DNA of 36,160 nucleotides, from NCBI GenBank assembly GCA_029218505.1, contig JAQXRL010000062.1, positions 1 through 36,160 on the forward strand. The letters are read 5' to 3'. Both the position numbers and the translations under genes were made by a program. Origin of the DNA: Eubacteriales bacterium. Its GTDB lineage: Bacteria > Bacillota > Clostridia > Christensenellales > Aristaeellaceae. Under the pieces are notes generated by a model. The model had not been told where the DNA came from and made no database searches. It saw only the letters and a program-made list of their open reading frames with translations. Positions 19,631 to 27,373 of the stretch are shown one piece after another; within the stretch, counting starts at the first letter, position 1; each line of letters starts with the position of its first letter.

Positions 19631-20751
19631 CAGTTTTCTCCATCCTCGGCGCTCTCTGCAGCAGTATCTTCCGCCTCTTGAGCGGCTTCCTGCATGGCCT
19701 GATCCATTTGAGATTGAGACTTAATGTCAATCTTCCAGCCCGTGAGTTTTGCCGCCAACCGTGCGTTTTGGCCTTCCTTGCCAATTGCCAGGGAGAGTTG
19801 GTTGTCCGGCACGATTACCTTTGCGGCTTTTTCCGTATCCGAAACAAACACGCTGATCACCCGGGCGGGATTGAGGGCGTTGGCAATGTATTCCGCGGGA
19901 TCCTGGGACCATTTTACGATGTCAATCTTTTCCGTCTTGAGTTCGGCCACCACATTTTCCACGCGCAAGCCCCTGGGACCCACGCAGGAGCCCACCGCGT
20001 CAATGAGCGGATCCGTGGAAAACACGGCCATCTTGGTACGGAAGCCGGCTTCCCGGGCGATGGACTTAATTTGCACCACTCCGGTGACAATTTCCGGCAC
20101 TTCCAATTCAAACAGGCGCTTCACCAGCCCGGGGTGGGTGCGGGAGACGAACACCTGCGGTCCTTTGCCCAGACGCGACACTTCCAGCACATACACCTTC
20201 ACGCGGTCATTCACGTGCAATTCTTCGGTGGGCATCATCTGGTTGGCTTCGATGACGCCTTCCGTGCGGCCGATTTCCACAAAAGCCTGTTTGGCCTCCA
20301 CGCGCTGCACAATTGCCGTCAGAATCTCGTTTTCCTTTTGGCTGTACTCATCATAAATGACGCCGCGTTCTGCTTCCCGAAGATGCTGCACCACCACCTG
20401 CTTGGCGGTTTGCGCCGCAATGCGGCCAAAATTTCTGGGCGTCACAGGCACTTCCACCAAATCGCCCACTTCATATTTGGGTTGGATGGCGCGGGCTTCC
20501 GCCAGGGACATTTCGCATTGAGGATCGCGAACTTCTTCCACCACCGTCTTCCGGGAAAGCACCTCTACTTCGCCTTTGTTGCGGTCAATCACCGCGTGTA
20601 CGGTTGCGTTTTTTCCATAATTTTTTTTGTATGCGGAGATCAGCGCCGCCTCAATGGCAGCAAACAACACGTCCTTATTGACCCTCCGCTCCTTGGAAAG
20701 CTCATCCAGCGCGCGGATGAACTCGCCGGAATCAATGCCTGTATTGGTCAC
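19630..20751 (-). CDS. nusA: Transcription termination/antitermination factor NusA
   Basis: 373 aa. GTG start with AGGAGG upstream. It has the N-terminal domain, an S1 domain (VGDLVEVPVTPRNFGRIAAQTAKQ) and two KH domains (GPRGLRVENVV; AIGKEGQNARLAAKLTGWKIDI). Confidence 0.97.
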   Translation of the reverse strand: MTNTGIDSGEFIRALDELSKERRVNKDVLFAAIEAALISAYKKNYGKNATVHAVIDRNKGEVEVLSRKTVVEEVRDPQCEMSLAEARAIQPKYEVGDLVEVPVTPRNFGRIAAQTAKQVVVQHLREAERGVIYDEYSQKENEILTAIVQRVEAKQAFVEIGRTEGVIEANQMMPTEELHVNDRVKVYVLEVSRLGKGPQVFVSRTHPGLVKRLFELEVPEIVTGVVQIKSIAREAGFRTKMAVFSTDPLIDAVGSCVGPRGLRVENVVAELKTEKIDIVKWSQDPAEYIANALNPARVISVFVSDTEKAAKVIVPDNQLSLAIGKEGQNARLAAKLTGWKIDIKSQSQMDQAMQEAAQEAEDTAAESAEDGEN

Positions 20752-20763
20752 GCGATCTCCTCC

Positions 20764-21273
20764 TTATTTTTTGTTTTGCGGCTCTTCGTCCGGCAGGGTG
20801 CGCATCAGTTCTTCCTCGTCCACTTCTATTTTCGGACGAATCAACGCCACGTCCTTTTGCGCCAGCGTAATTTCTCCGGTCTGAACGGCGATGGTAATCT
20901 TGCCGTCCTCATATCCGGTCAGTTCGCCCACAAAGTTCTTTTGACCGTTTATGGGCTTGTATGTCTTGGCTTCCACCAAAAGACCCATGGCGCGATCGAA
21001 GTCCCGCTGGTTTTTCAACGGCCTATCCGCCCCTGGAGAACTGACTTCCATGTAGTCATAATCCACCCGCTCAACCAGCGGCTGGATTCTTCGATGGAAC
21101 GCCTCCAGCTCGGACAGCGAAATCGCCGCCTCTTTATCGATGTAAAAGCGCAGAAAACGGCCGGTCGGTTCTTTGACCAGCTCGACGTCGATCAGTTCCA
21201 CTTGCATATCTTCCGCGATGCGCAGCGCGATCTGCGCCGCTTCCTTGACAGGCATGGCCTTTGCGGGCAACAA
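20764..21273 (-). CDS. rimP: Ribosome maturation factor RimP
   Basis: About 165-169 aa. Contains ELIDVELVKEPTGRFLRFYIDKE...LEVSSPGADRPL. The start is uncertain: TTG at 21273, TTG at 21270 (GGAGG 4-7 nt upstream of these) or ATG at 21255. Confidence 0.9.
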   Translation of the reverse strand: MLPAKAMPVKEAAQIALRIAEDMQVELIDVELVKEPTGRFLRFYIDKEAAISLSELEAFHRRIQPLVERVDYDYMEVSSPGADRPLKNQRDFDRAMGLLVEAKTYKPINGQKNFVGELTGYEDGKITIAVQTGEITLAQKDVALIRPKIEVDEEELMRTLPDEEPQNKK

Positions 21274-21340
21274 AACCCCTCCAAATCAGATCCTTGCGGA
21301 AGAACCCTGCATACCGTTTCAAACAGCAATCTGTGTTCTT

Positions 21341-21366
21341 CCAAAAATATGCCGCCATCGGGCGGC
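21341..21366 (-). promoter_or_regulatory. Terminator-like hairpin in the rimP-nusA leader (candidate attenuator)
   Basis: Minus strand: GCCGCC-cgau-GGCGGC followed by AUAUUUUUGG. It lies ~30-55 nt downstream of the predicted start site and ~70 nt upstream of rimP. Confidence 0.45.
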
Positions 21367-21400
21367 TGATACATTGCCTTTGGCATGGATACCATGGTTG

Positions 21401-21429
21401 ATTATACCACGACGCCGCCCATATTACAA
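21401..21429 (-). promoter_or_regulatory. Putative promoter of the rimP-nusA-infB operon
   Basis: Minus strand: TTGTAA (21429-21424), 17-nt spacer, TATAAT (21406-21401), with a TG at -15/-14 (TGgTATAAT). Confidence 0.5.
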
Positions 21430-21507
21430 CCGAATTTGTTCAAAAAAACCCGACAGTACTGTTACGTTTGCGTTCCTACGCGACGATTTGCCGTGTTTTT
21501 CGCAAAA

Positions 21508-22785
21508 TTACGCCAAAGAATGTGCTTCTTCTATCCGTTCGCGTTGAATGTTGGCGCCCAGGGCCGTTAGCTTTTCGTCAAGGCGTTCATATCCGCGAAG
21601 GATGTATCCCACGCCGCCAATCTCCGTGACGCCCCGGGCCATCAGCGCCGCAATCACCATTGCCGCGCCCGCCCGGAGATCCGTGGCGTTTACCCGCGTT
21701 CCTACCAAATGATCCACGCCGCCAATAATCGCCGTGTTTTCGATTACCCGAACGTTGGCGCCCATGCGGCGCAGTTCGTCCAGAAAACGAAAACGGGATT
21801 CAAAAATGGTTTCCGTGACGATGGACGTGCCATTGGCCACCGTGAGCACCGTACTCAGCGGCTGCTGCAAGTCCGTAGGGAATCCGGGATATCCCTGTGT
21901 CTTCACATTCACCGCCCGGAACACGCCGTTGGACCGCACGCGAATCCAATCGTCCTCGCATTGCACGTTCACGCCCATTTCCAGCAGCTTTGCGGAAAGC
22001 GATTCCATGTGGGTGGGAATCGCGCCCGTAATCACCACGTCTCCCGCCGTCGCCGCGGCGGCGATCATCAGCGTTCCGGTTTCGATTTGATCCGGAACGA
22101 TGGTATAATTCGCGCCATGCAAATGCCTTCCGCCGCGAATGCGAATCACGTCCGTGCCCGCGCCCTTTACCATCGCGCCCATGCTGGACAAGAAGTTCGC
22201 CAAATCCACAATGTGCGGCTCCTTGGCCGCGTTGTGAATGCACGTGGTGCCGCTGGCGCTTACCGCCGCCAGCATGCTGTTGACGGTGGCGCCCACGGAC
22301 GGCATGTCCAGAAAAATATCGCTGCCGATCAGTTCTTCCACCTTGGCGTCCAAAACGCCGCCCAGCGTATCCACCTGCGCGCCCAGCGCCCGCAACGCCT
22401 TCAACGTTTGGTCGATGGGGCGCGCGCCGATATCGCATCCGCCCGGCATGGGAACTTCCGCCCGGTGAAACAATCCCAACAAAATCGGCGCAAGATAATA
22501 GCTGGCGCGCATTCTGCTGACCAATTCATAGGGCGGATCATATTTATCCACGGTGCGCGGATCAATCCACATGGTGTTTTCCCGGAAATCGATCTTTGCG
22601 CCCAGCCAGCGAAGCATCTCCACCAGCACATGCACATCCTCAATGTCCGGCAAATTGTCTATGACCGACGGCGAATCCGCCAACAGCGCGGCAGGAATAA
22701 TGGCCACCGCCGCGTTTTTTCCGCCGCTGACCGCAATTTCGCCCTCCAGCCGAGCGCCGCCCAGGATTTTCAGCTTTTCCTTCAT
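21508..22785 (-). CDS. murA: UDP-N-acetylglucosamine 1-carboxyvinyltransferase
   Basis: 425 aa counted from the ATG at 22785 (MKEKLKILGGARLEGEIAVSGGKNAAV...), the typical MurA N-terminus. The active-site loop region PGGCDIGARPID is present. The 550-aa track ORF is an unsupported upstream extension that runs across the zinc-ribbon gene in another frame. Confidence 0.97.
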   Translation of the reverse strand: MKEKLKILGGARLEGEIAVSGGKNAAVAIIPAALLADSPSVIDNLPDIEDVHVLVEMLRWLGAKIDFRENTMWIDPRTVDKYDPPYELVSRMRASYYLAPILLGLFHRAEVPMPGGCDIGARPIDQTLKALRALGAQVDTLGGVLDAKVEELIGSDIFLDMPSVGATVNSMLAAVSASGTTCIHNAAKEPHIVDLANFLSSMGAMVKGAGTDVIRIRGGRHLHGANYTIVPDQIETGTLMIAAAATAGDVVITGAIPTHMESLSAKLLEMGVNVQCEDDWIRVRSNGVFRAVNVKTQGYPGFPTDLQQPLSTVLTVANGTSIVTETIFESRFRFLDELRRMGANVRVIENTAIIGGVDHLVGTRVNATDLRAGAAMVIAALMARGVTEIGGVGYILRGYERLDEKLTALGANIQRERIEEAHSLA

Positions 22786-22810
22786 GATCGCCCCCAAGCC
22801 CCTTCCCGCG

Positions 22811-23035
22811 TCAATGTCCGCAGCCATGGCAGCCGGCGCAATTTCCGCCGCAACCGCCCGAGCAGCCTTGACCGCCCTTCGCGGCAGACTTCTTCCCGAA
22901 GGCGCACGCGCCCTGGTATACGCGCCGAACCTCGCCCCCGCATTTTTCGCAAACGACGTTCTCCCGTTGGGAAATTCCCAGCATTTTTTCAAAACGATGG
23001 CCGCAATGGGCACATTCATATTCATACAGCGGCAA
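22811..23035 (-). CDS. FmdB-family zinc-ribbon protein (CxxC...CxxC) with a Gly/Cys-rich tail
   Basis: The likely start is TTG at 23035, giving MPLYEYECAHCGHRFE...VVCEKCGGEVRRV, with GAGGAAG 8 nt upstream. The track start (GTG at 23044) abuts that SD. The tail reads GGQGCSGGCGGNCAGCHGCGH. The stop lies 25 nt upstream of the murA ATG. Confidence 0.8.
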   Translation of the reverse strand: MPLYEYECAHCGHRFEKMLGISQRENVVCEKCGGEVRRVYQGACAFGKKSAAKGGQGCSGGCGGNCAGCHGCGH

Positions 23036-23175
23036 TTTGTCCACTTCCTCGCAAGATACGCACCGGAGCCTGCCATGCAGGCCCCGGCCGCATCATGTTG
23101 AATTGCAAAAATTATCCGTTTGAACCAGTCGCTTCGCAATCGGCCCAACCGTCTCGTCATACGGTTTCATTTTCT

Positions 23176-23205
23176 ATTATACATGACTTCATGCGAGGAA
23201 ATCAA
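23176..23205 (-). promoter_or_regulatory. Putative promoter for the zinc-ribbon-murA transcript
   Basis: Minus strand: TTGATT (23205-23200), 18-nt spacer, TATAAT (23181-23176), preceded by TG (TGTATAAT). It lies in an AT-rich divergent intergenic region. Confidence 0.45.
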
Positions 23206-23322
23206 GCACATTGCGGACAGAACAACCCTGCCTTTCCAGGTTTTTTGTGAAAATTTCGAAAATTATTACATATCCACGCTTCGCCCGGTTCAATAGTCAC
23301 ACTTCCGTAAAGCATCCTTCAT

Positions 23323-23351
23323 TTGCTTACAGAAGCAAACTGTGCTAGAAT
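23323..23351 (+). promoter_or_regulatory. Putative promoter for the hydrolase-SpoU-UPF0340 cluster
   Basis: TTGCTT (23323-23328), 17-nt spacer, TAGAAT (23346-23351), with TG at -15/-14. Confidence 0.45.
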
Positions 23352-23381
23352 ATTCTTGGTGAATTATTGGGAGGTGCGTGT

Positions 23382-24206
23382 GTGTCCGCAGAAAGTCAAT
23401 ACCTGGCCTTTCATGGAGTGCGGGTGCATTTTCGCATGCTGGAGCCAGAAGTCGCCTTAAAGCACAGGGTACTGTTGCTGTGCTCCCCCATGATCAGCAC
23501 CTTTCATTGGCGCAAACTGGTGCCGGAATTGTCCCAATTGGGCTGTCTGCTGGTGCTGGTGGATCTGCCGGGGTTCGGCCTGAGCGATTGCTCCTTTGGC
23601 GTGCCCCGGGACAGCCGCATGCGCGCCAGCATCATCTGGGGCATTCTGGATGAAATCGACCGGCGCACGGGCGCGCCCATGTCCATGTGGCATCTTATTT
23701 CCCATGGAACCGGCTGCAGAACCGCGCTTTCCATGTTCCAACAATGCCCGGATTCCGTATGCTCCCAGGTATACATATCCCCGGAACTGGCGCAAATGGA
23801 CGCGCAACGCTTTGCAAACGGCCCGGGACGCTGGTTCGACCGAAACATCCTGGACGCCGCAGGTTTTAAGCGCATGGCAGAAACGCTCAGCGGCTACCCG
23901 ATGGACGATTACGTTTTGGAAAAAATGCGCATGCCGCTGCTGCGGCCGGGCGCAAAGGACATCTTCCTGCATGTTTTGCGGGAAGAAACTCCGCAAAGCG
24001 ATTCCGTTTGCGGCTTTTGCCCGGTCATGGCCATTTGGGGCGGGCGCGACAAGCTGATGGATCCCCGGGAAATTCGAACCGTGGAGCGGCTTTTGCCCGA
24101 GGCGGAAAAGCATGTGTTGAAATCTGCCGGACATTTTCCCATGGAAACCCACAGCCGGGCGCTCAGGGACTACCTGCGCGGCTGGTTTCGATATTTGGAA
24201 ACATAA
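23382..24206 (+). CDS. Alpha/beta hydrolase fold protein with a non-canonical nucleophile elbow
   Basis: The likely start is GTG at 23382, with GGGAGG (23369-23374) 7 nt upstream; the track start is TTG at 23367. The fold pattern is VLLLCSP...WRKLVPEL...LVDLPGFGLSD...WHLISHGTGC...AIWGGRDKLMDP...SAGHFPMETH. Confidence 0.75.
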   Translation: MSAESQYLAFHGVRVHFRMLEPEVALKHRVLLLCSPMISTFHWRKLVPELSQLGCLLVLVDLPGFGLSDCSFGVPRDSRMRASIIWGILDEIDRRTGAPMSMWHLISHGTGCRTALSMFQQCPDSVCSQVYISPELAQMDAQRFANGPGRWFDRNILDAAGFKRMAETLSGYPMDDYVLEKMRMPLLRPGAKDIFLHVLREETPQSDSVCGFCPVMAIWGGRDKLMDPREIRTVERLLPEAEKHVLKSAGHFPMETHSRALRDYLRGWFRYLET

Positions 24207-24221
24207 TTTCGGGAGGAAGAC

Positions 24222-24965
24222 ATGGCAAAACTGGAACCCTATTCCAAAAAGCTGGATTACAGCTATGCGCTGGGCGTCTTCCCCGCGCTGAAGCTGATGG
24301 AATGCCATCCGGAAAAGGCGTTTCGCCTGCTCCTCCGGCCGGACGGTTTGGAAAACCAAGGCGTCGTGAAGCTGCGGGAAATTTGCGGCAAGCTGGGCGT
24401 GCGGGAAGAAATGGCCGAAAAAGTATTGCGCAGAGAATCCAAAAAGGACAACTGCTTCGCCGCTGTTGCCTTTGAAAAATACGATCTCGCTCCGGATCCC
24501 AGCCGAACCCACGCGGTGCTGTGCCAAATCTCCGACGGAGGAAATGCGGGAACCGCCATGCGTTCGCTGCTGGGATTTGGCCTGCATGACGTAGCCCTGG
24601 TTCGCCCCTGCGTGGATGTATTTGATCCTCACGTGCTGCGCGCTTCCATGGGCGCGTTTTTTCACATGCGCGTGCGCACATACGACCATTTCCAGGAATA
24701 TCGCCTGCAATATCCCCACCGTCCTCTGTATCCGTTTATGCTGGACGGCGCAAAAACGCTGGACGCAGTGGCAGATGCGGCGCAGTTTCCATGCACGCTC
24801 ATTTTCGGAAACGAACAAACCGGCCTGCCTTCGGAATTCGCTCAATATGGACAGAGCGTCCTGATTCCCCAATCCGGGGAAGTGGATTCCCTGAACCTGG
24901 CGGTCGCGGTTTCCGTGGGCGCGTATGTCTTTGCACAAAAAGGAGGCTTTCTTCATGAACATTGA
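24222..24965 (+). CDS. SpoU/TrmH family (SPOUT) RNA 2'-O-methyltransferase
   Basis: 247 aa. GGGAGG lies upstream. C-terminal SPOUT motifs are present: LIFGNEQTGLP, IPQSGEVDSLNLAVAVSVGAY. Confidence 0.85.
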   Translation: MAKLEPYSKKLDYSYALGVFPALKLMECHPEKAFRLLLRPDGLENQGVVKLREICGKLGVREEMAEKVLRRESKKDNCFAAVAFEKYDLAPDPSRTHAVLCQISDGGNAGTAMRSLLGFGLHDVALVRPCVDVFDPHVLRASMGAFFHMRVRTYDHFQEYRLQYPHRPLYPFMLDGAKTLDAVADAAQFPCTLIFGNEQTGLPSEFAQYGQSVLIPQSGEVDSLNLAVAVSVGAYVFAQKGGFLHEH

Positions 24966-25518
24966 CGCACAGAACGTATATCAGCAGACAAGCCAGGCCA
25001 TTCGCGCGCTGGTTTGCCTGGATCGGCCCTTCTTCCGCCCGGTAAAGCTGTTGGTCATCGGCTGTTCTTCCAGCGAAATCGCCGGCGGCGTCATCGGTCA
25101 CAACACCGTGTACGATCTTGGCGAAGCCGTGGCCAGGGCCGCCCTGGACGCCGGACGCGAATTCGGCTTCCAATGCGCCTTCCAATGCTGCGAACACTTG
25201 AATCGTTCCATTGTCCTGGAGCGAAAGAACGCCCCGGATTCCGAAATCGTGTGCGCCGTACCGCAGCCCAAGGCGGGCGGCTCCCTGGCCACCGCCGCAT
25301 ATCGCATGATGGAAGATCCGGTTTTGGTGGAGGAAGTGCGCGCCGACGCCGGGCTGGACATCGGCCAAACGCTGATCGGCATGCACCTGAAACGGGTGGC
25401 TGTGCCGGTTCGCCTGGAGATGAGCCACATCGGCAATGCGGTGCTCGCCGCAGCCAGAACGCGTCCCAAGCTCATTGGCGGTGAGCGCGCTGTATATTCT
25501 GTTCAGAACGTGCGCTAG
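24955..25518 (+). CDS. UPF0340/TIGR01440 family protein (YwlG-like)
   Basis: 187 aa counted from the ATG at 24955, with AGGAGG (24941-24946) 8 nt upstream. It overlaps the previous stop by 11 nt. Family-typical blocks are present: VIGCSSSEI, FQCCEHLNRSIVLER, PKAGGSLA, DIGQTLIGMHLKRVAVPVR, TRPKLIGGERAVY. Confidence 0.8.
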   Translation: MNIDAQNVYQQTSQAIRALVCLDRPFFRPVKLLVIGCSSSEIAGGVIGHNTVYDLGEAVARAALDAGREFGFQCAFQCCEHLNRSIVLERKNAPDSEIVCAVPQPKAGGSLATAAYRMMEDPVLVEEVRADAGLDIGQTLIGMHLKRVAVPVRLEMSHIGNAVLAAARTRPKLIGGERAVYSVQNVR

Positions 25519-25604
25519 GCAAGAATGCAACGCCAGGCTGCGTTTTCCGGCGCGCCCTTGCCCGGACGGTAAATTCGTATTTTTTCCAAAGGAGGGAGGA
25601 TGGC

Positions 25605-27215
25605 ATGTTCAGCCGCAAAATCTCTGCGCTGCTCAGTTGGTGTGATCCAGCCGCCCTGACCCTTCCCGGCCCAGGCGTCCGCGCGGCGCAAGTGGAAACC
25701 CGCGCGCAGGCAGCCATGTCCCATGCGCCCGGCTCCATGTCCATGTCTCAACGCATCCACAACCCTCGGGAATGGACTCGCATGCAAAGACAGCGTCGGG
25801 ACGATCTGGAGGCATTGCTGGCCGCAGACGCCGCCCCGGAGCGCACTGAACGCATTTTGGATTTGGTTTGCGAAATCTGCGAAGAGGCTGATTGGGCGGA
25901 CATCTCCGCCGGTCCACCGCTTCAGGACATCGCCCATCCTGCAATCGACCGGCAATGCGCAGAAACCGCCTGTCTGATGGGATGGACCGCGCTGCTGTTG
26001 GCATCGCGTCCGGACTCCATTGCTCCGCACATGATCATGCGCATGCTCCATGAAACCCGGAGACGCGTCTTTACGCCGATCCTTTCCCATGAGGATTATT
26101 CCTTTATGGCGCCCGAAACGCCGGGGGCAATTTCCGTGCTTTGCGCCGCCGCGACGGCGGGAATTCTTTTGGAAACAGACATCAGCCGCAGGAATGCAGT
26201 CCTGCGGCGTTTGACCAGGCTGTTGGACGACGCATGCGATGCCATGGATGCGTCGGCACGCCCATTGGAAGCGCTTGTATCCGACGCGCGCGCCGCAACG
26301 GATCTTGCCGAAATCATGCGAAGAGTTTCCCGGGGCGCAGTAAACCTCAGCGATCAGCTTCCCATGGGCGTGTGGCTGGACACAATTCTGGCTGCGCACG
26401 CGGGCGGAGCGATGTTTTTTGATCCTGCCGGAAACGGCATGCTGCCGCAAATTTCCGGCGCAGACGTTTACCGTTTGGGCGTTTCCGCGAACGACGATGC
26501 GCTCCGTGCTCTTGGCGCGGCTCTGGATCGCCTGACAGGCATTCCTGCCAGTTCCGTCAATGGACGGCTGCTGTTTATGGATTTGGCCTTGGAAATGTCC
26601 GGCGAAATGCGGCGCACCCCCAAGTTGCGCCATGCCCGCGTTCCCGGCCTGGCCATCGGCATGGGCGGAGGCTTCCTCTGTGCGCTATATGGCAGCGGAA
26701 GCCGGCGAAATACCGGCGACATCGCCATTATGCTGGAGGACCGTCCGCTTTTTGTGGATGCCGGCGCAGATGTTTCCAGTCGAAACCTGCCCATGATCGC
26801 GGGAAATCTCCCTTTGGCCGCACCGCGTTGCCCGGATTTGGAATGTGATTTTTCCCGGGAGCGCGCCATGCTCTCGCTGGATCTTACCGATACGTATCCT
26901 TCGGACGCGAACATTCGGGTCTATCAGCGCACGCTGCTGATCGATCGGGAACAGGATTGCGTGCGGCTGATTGATACGCTGGACCTGCCCGAGGGCGGCG
27001 TCGTGCGCTTTCAATTCGTCACCGCGCAGCATCCCCAGCTTTCCCGTGACGGAATGGGCTTGGGCGCCACGTGGTTCAGTTGGCCCGGCGAACCCCAATT
27101 GCGAATAAACAGCATTTCTTCCAGGGATTTCCCCGGCGATCTTTGGTTGGTTTCTCTGGAATACATGCAAAGATCCGGGCGGGAAATCTATGCCTTTGAG
27201 CTGGAACGCACCTGA
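25605..27215 (+). CDS. Large hypothetical cytoplasmic protein, possibly with a heparinase II/III-like fold
   Basis: 536 aa. AGGAGGGAGG lies upstream of the ATG. No signal peptide or TM segment is evident. There is a weak resemblance to heparinase II/III-like proteins: an N-terminal helical region with AIDRQCAETACLMGWTALLL, and the C-terminal part GDIAIMLEDRPLFVDAGADV. The function call has low confidence. Confidence 0.6.
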   Translation: MFSRKISALLSWCDPAALTLPGPGVRAAQVETRAQAAMSHAPGSMSMSQRIHNPREWTRMQRQRRDDLEALLAADAAPERTERILDLVCEICEEADWADISAGPPLQDIAHPAIDRQCAETACLMGWTALLLASRPDSIAPHMIMRMLHETRRRVFTPILSHEDYSFMAPETPGAISVLCAAATAGILLETDISRRNAVLRRLTRLLDDACDAMDASARPLEALVSDARAATDLAEIMRRVSRGAVNLSDQLPMGVWLDTILAAHAGGAMFFDPAGNGMLPQISGADVYRLGVSANDDALRALGAALDRLTGIPASSVNGRLLFMDLALEMSGEMRRTPKLRHARVPGLAIGMGGGFLCALYGSGSRRNTGDIAIMLEDRPLFVDAGADVSSRNLPMIAGNLPLAAPRCPDLECDFSRERAMLSLDLTDTYPSDANIRVYQRTLLIDREQDCVRLIDTLDLPEGGVVRFQFVTAQHPQLSRDGMGLGATWFSWPGEPQLRINSISSRDFPGDLWLVSLEYMQRSGREIYAFELERT

Positions 27216-27283
27216 TGTACGAACGGTCCTATAGAATGCTTCCATAAAAAAATGAATGTTCGCGGGAACGTCCCGAAAACGCA

Positions 27284-27316
27284 GTCCCGCCTGTCATTCG
27301 CAACGACAGGCGGGAC
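27284..27316 (-). terminator. Terminator between convergent genes, mainly serving the minus-strand solute-binding-protein gene
   Basis: GTCCCGCCTGTC (27284-27295) pairs with GACAGGCGGGAC (27305-27316): 12 bp. On the minus strand it is followed by UGCGUUUUCGGG. A second small hairpin (27262-27275) is followed by a U7 run. Confidence 0.6.
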
Positions 27317-27373
27317 GAAGGTGCGCGTTGCCCATGCAAACCCGCAGCAAACCAGGAACCGCGCGGGCGGCGG

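Noticed and set aside
22786-23160. N-terminal 125-aa extension of the murA ORF (the track lists 550 aa)
   Set aside because: MurA homologues start at MKEKLKILGG (ATG at 22785). The extension overlaps a zinc-ribbon gene with a clear family signature in another frame and has no RBS.
24066-24085. GGTTCGAA (minus strand), resembling a tRNA T-loop
   Set aside because: The flanking bases do not form a T stem or an acceptor stem, and the site lies inside the alpha/beta hydrolase CDS. No tRNA-like cloverleaf was found anywhere in the window.
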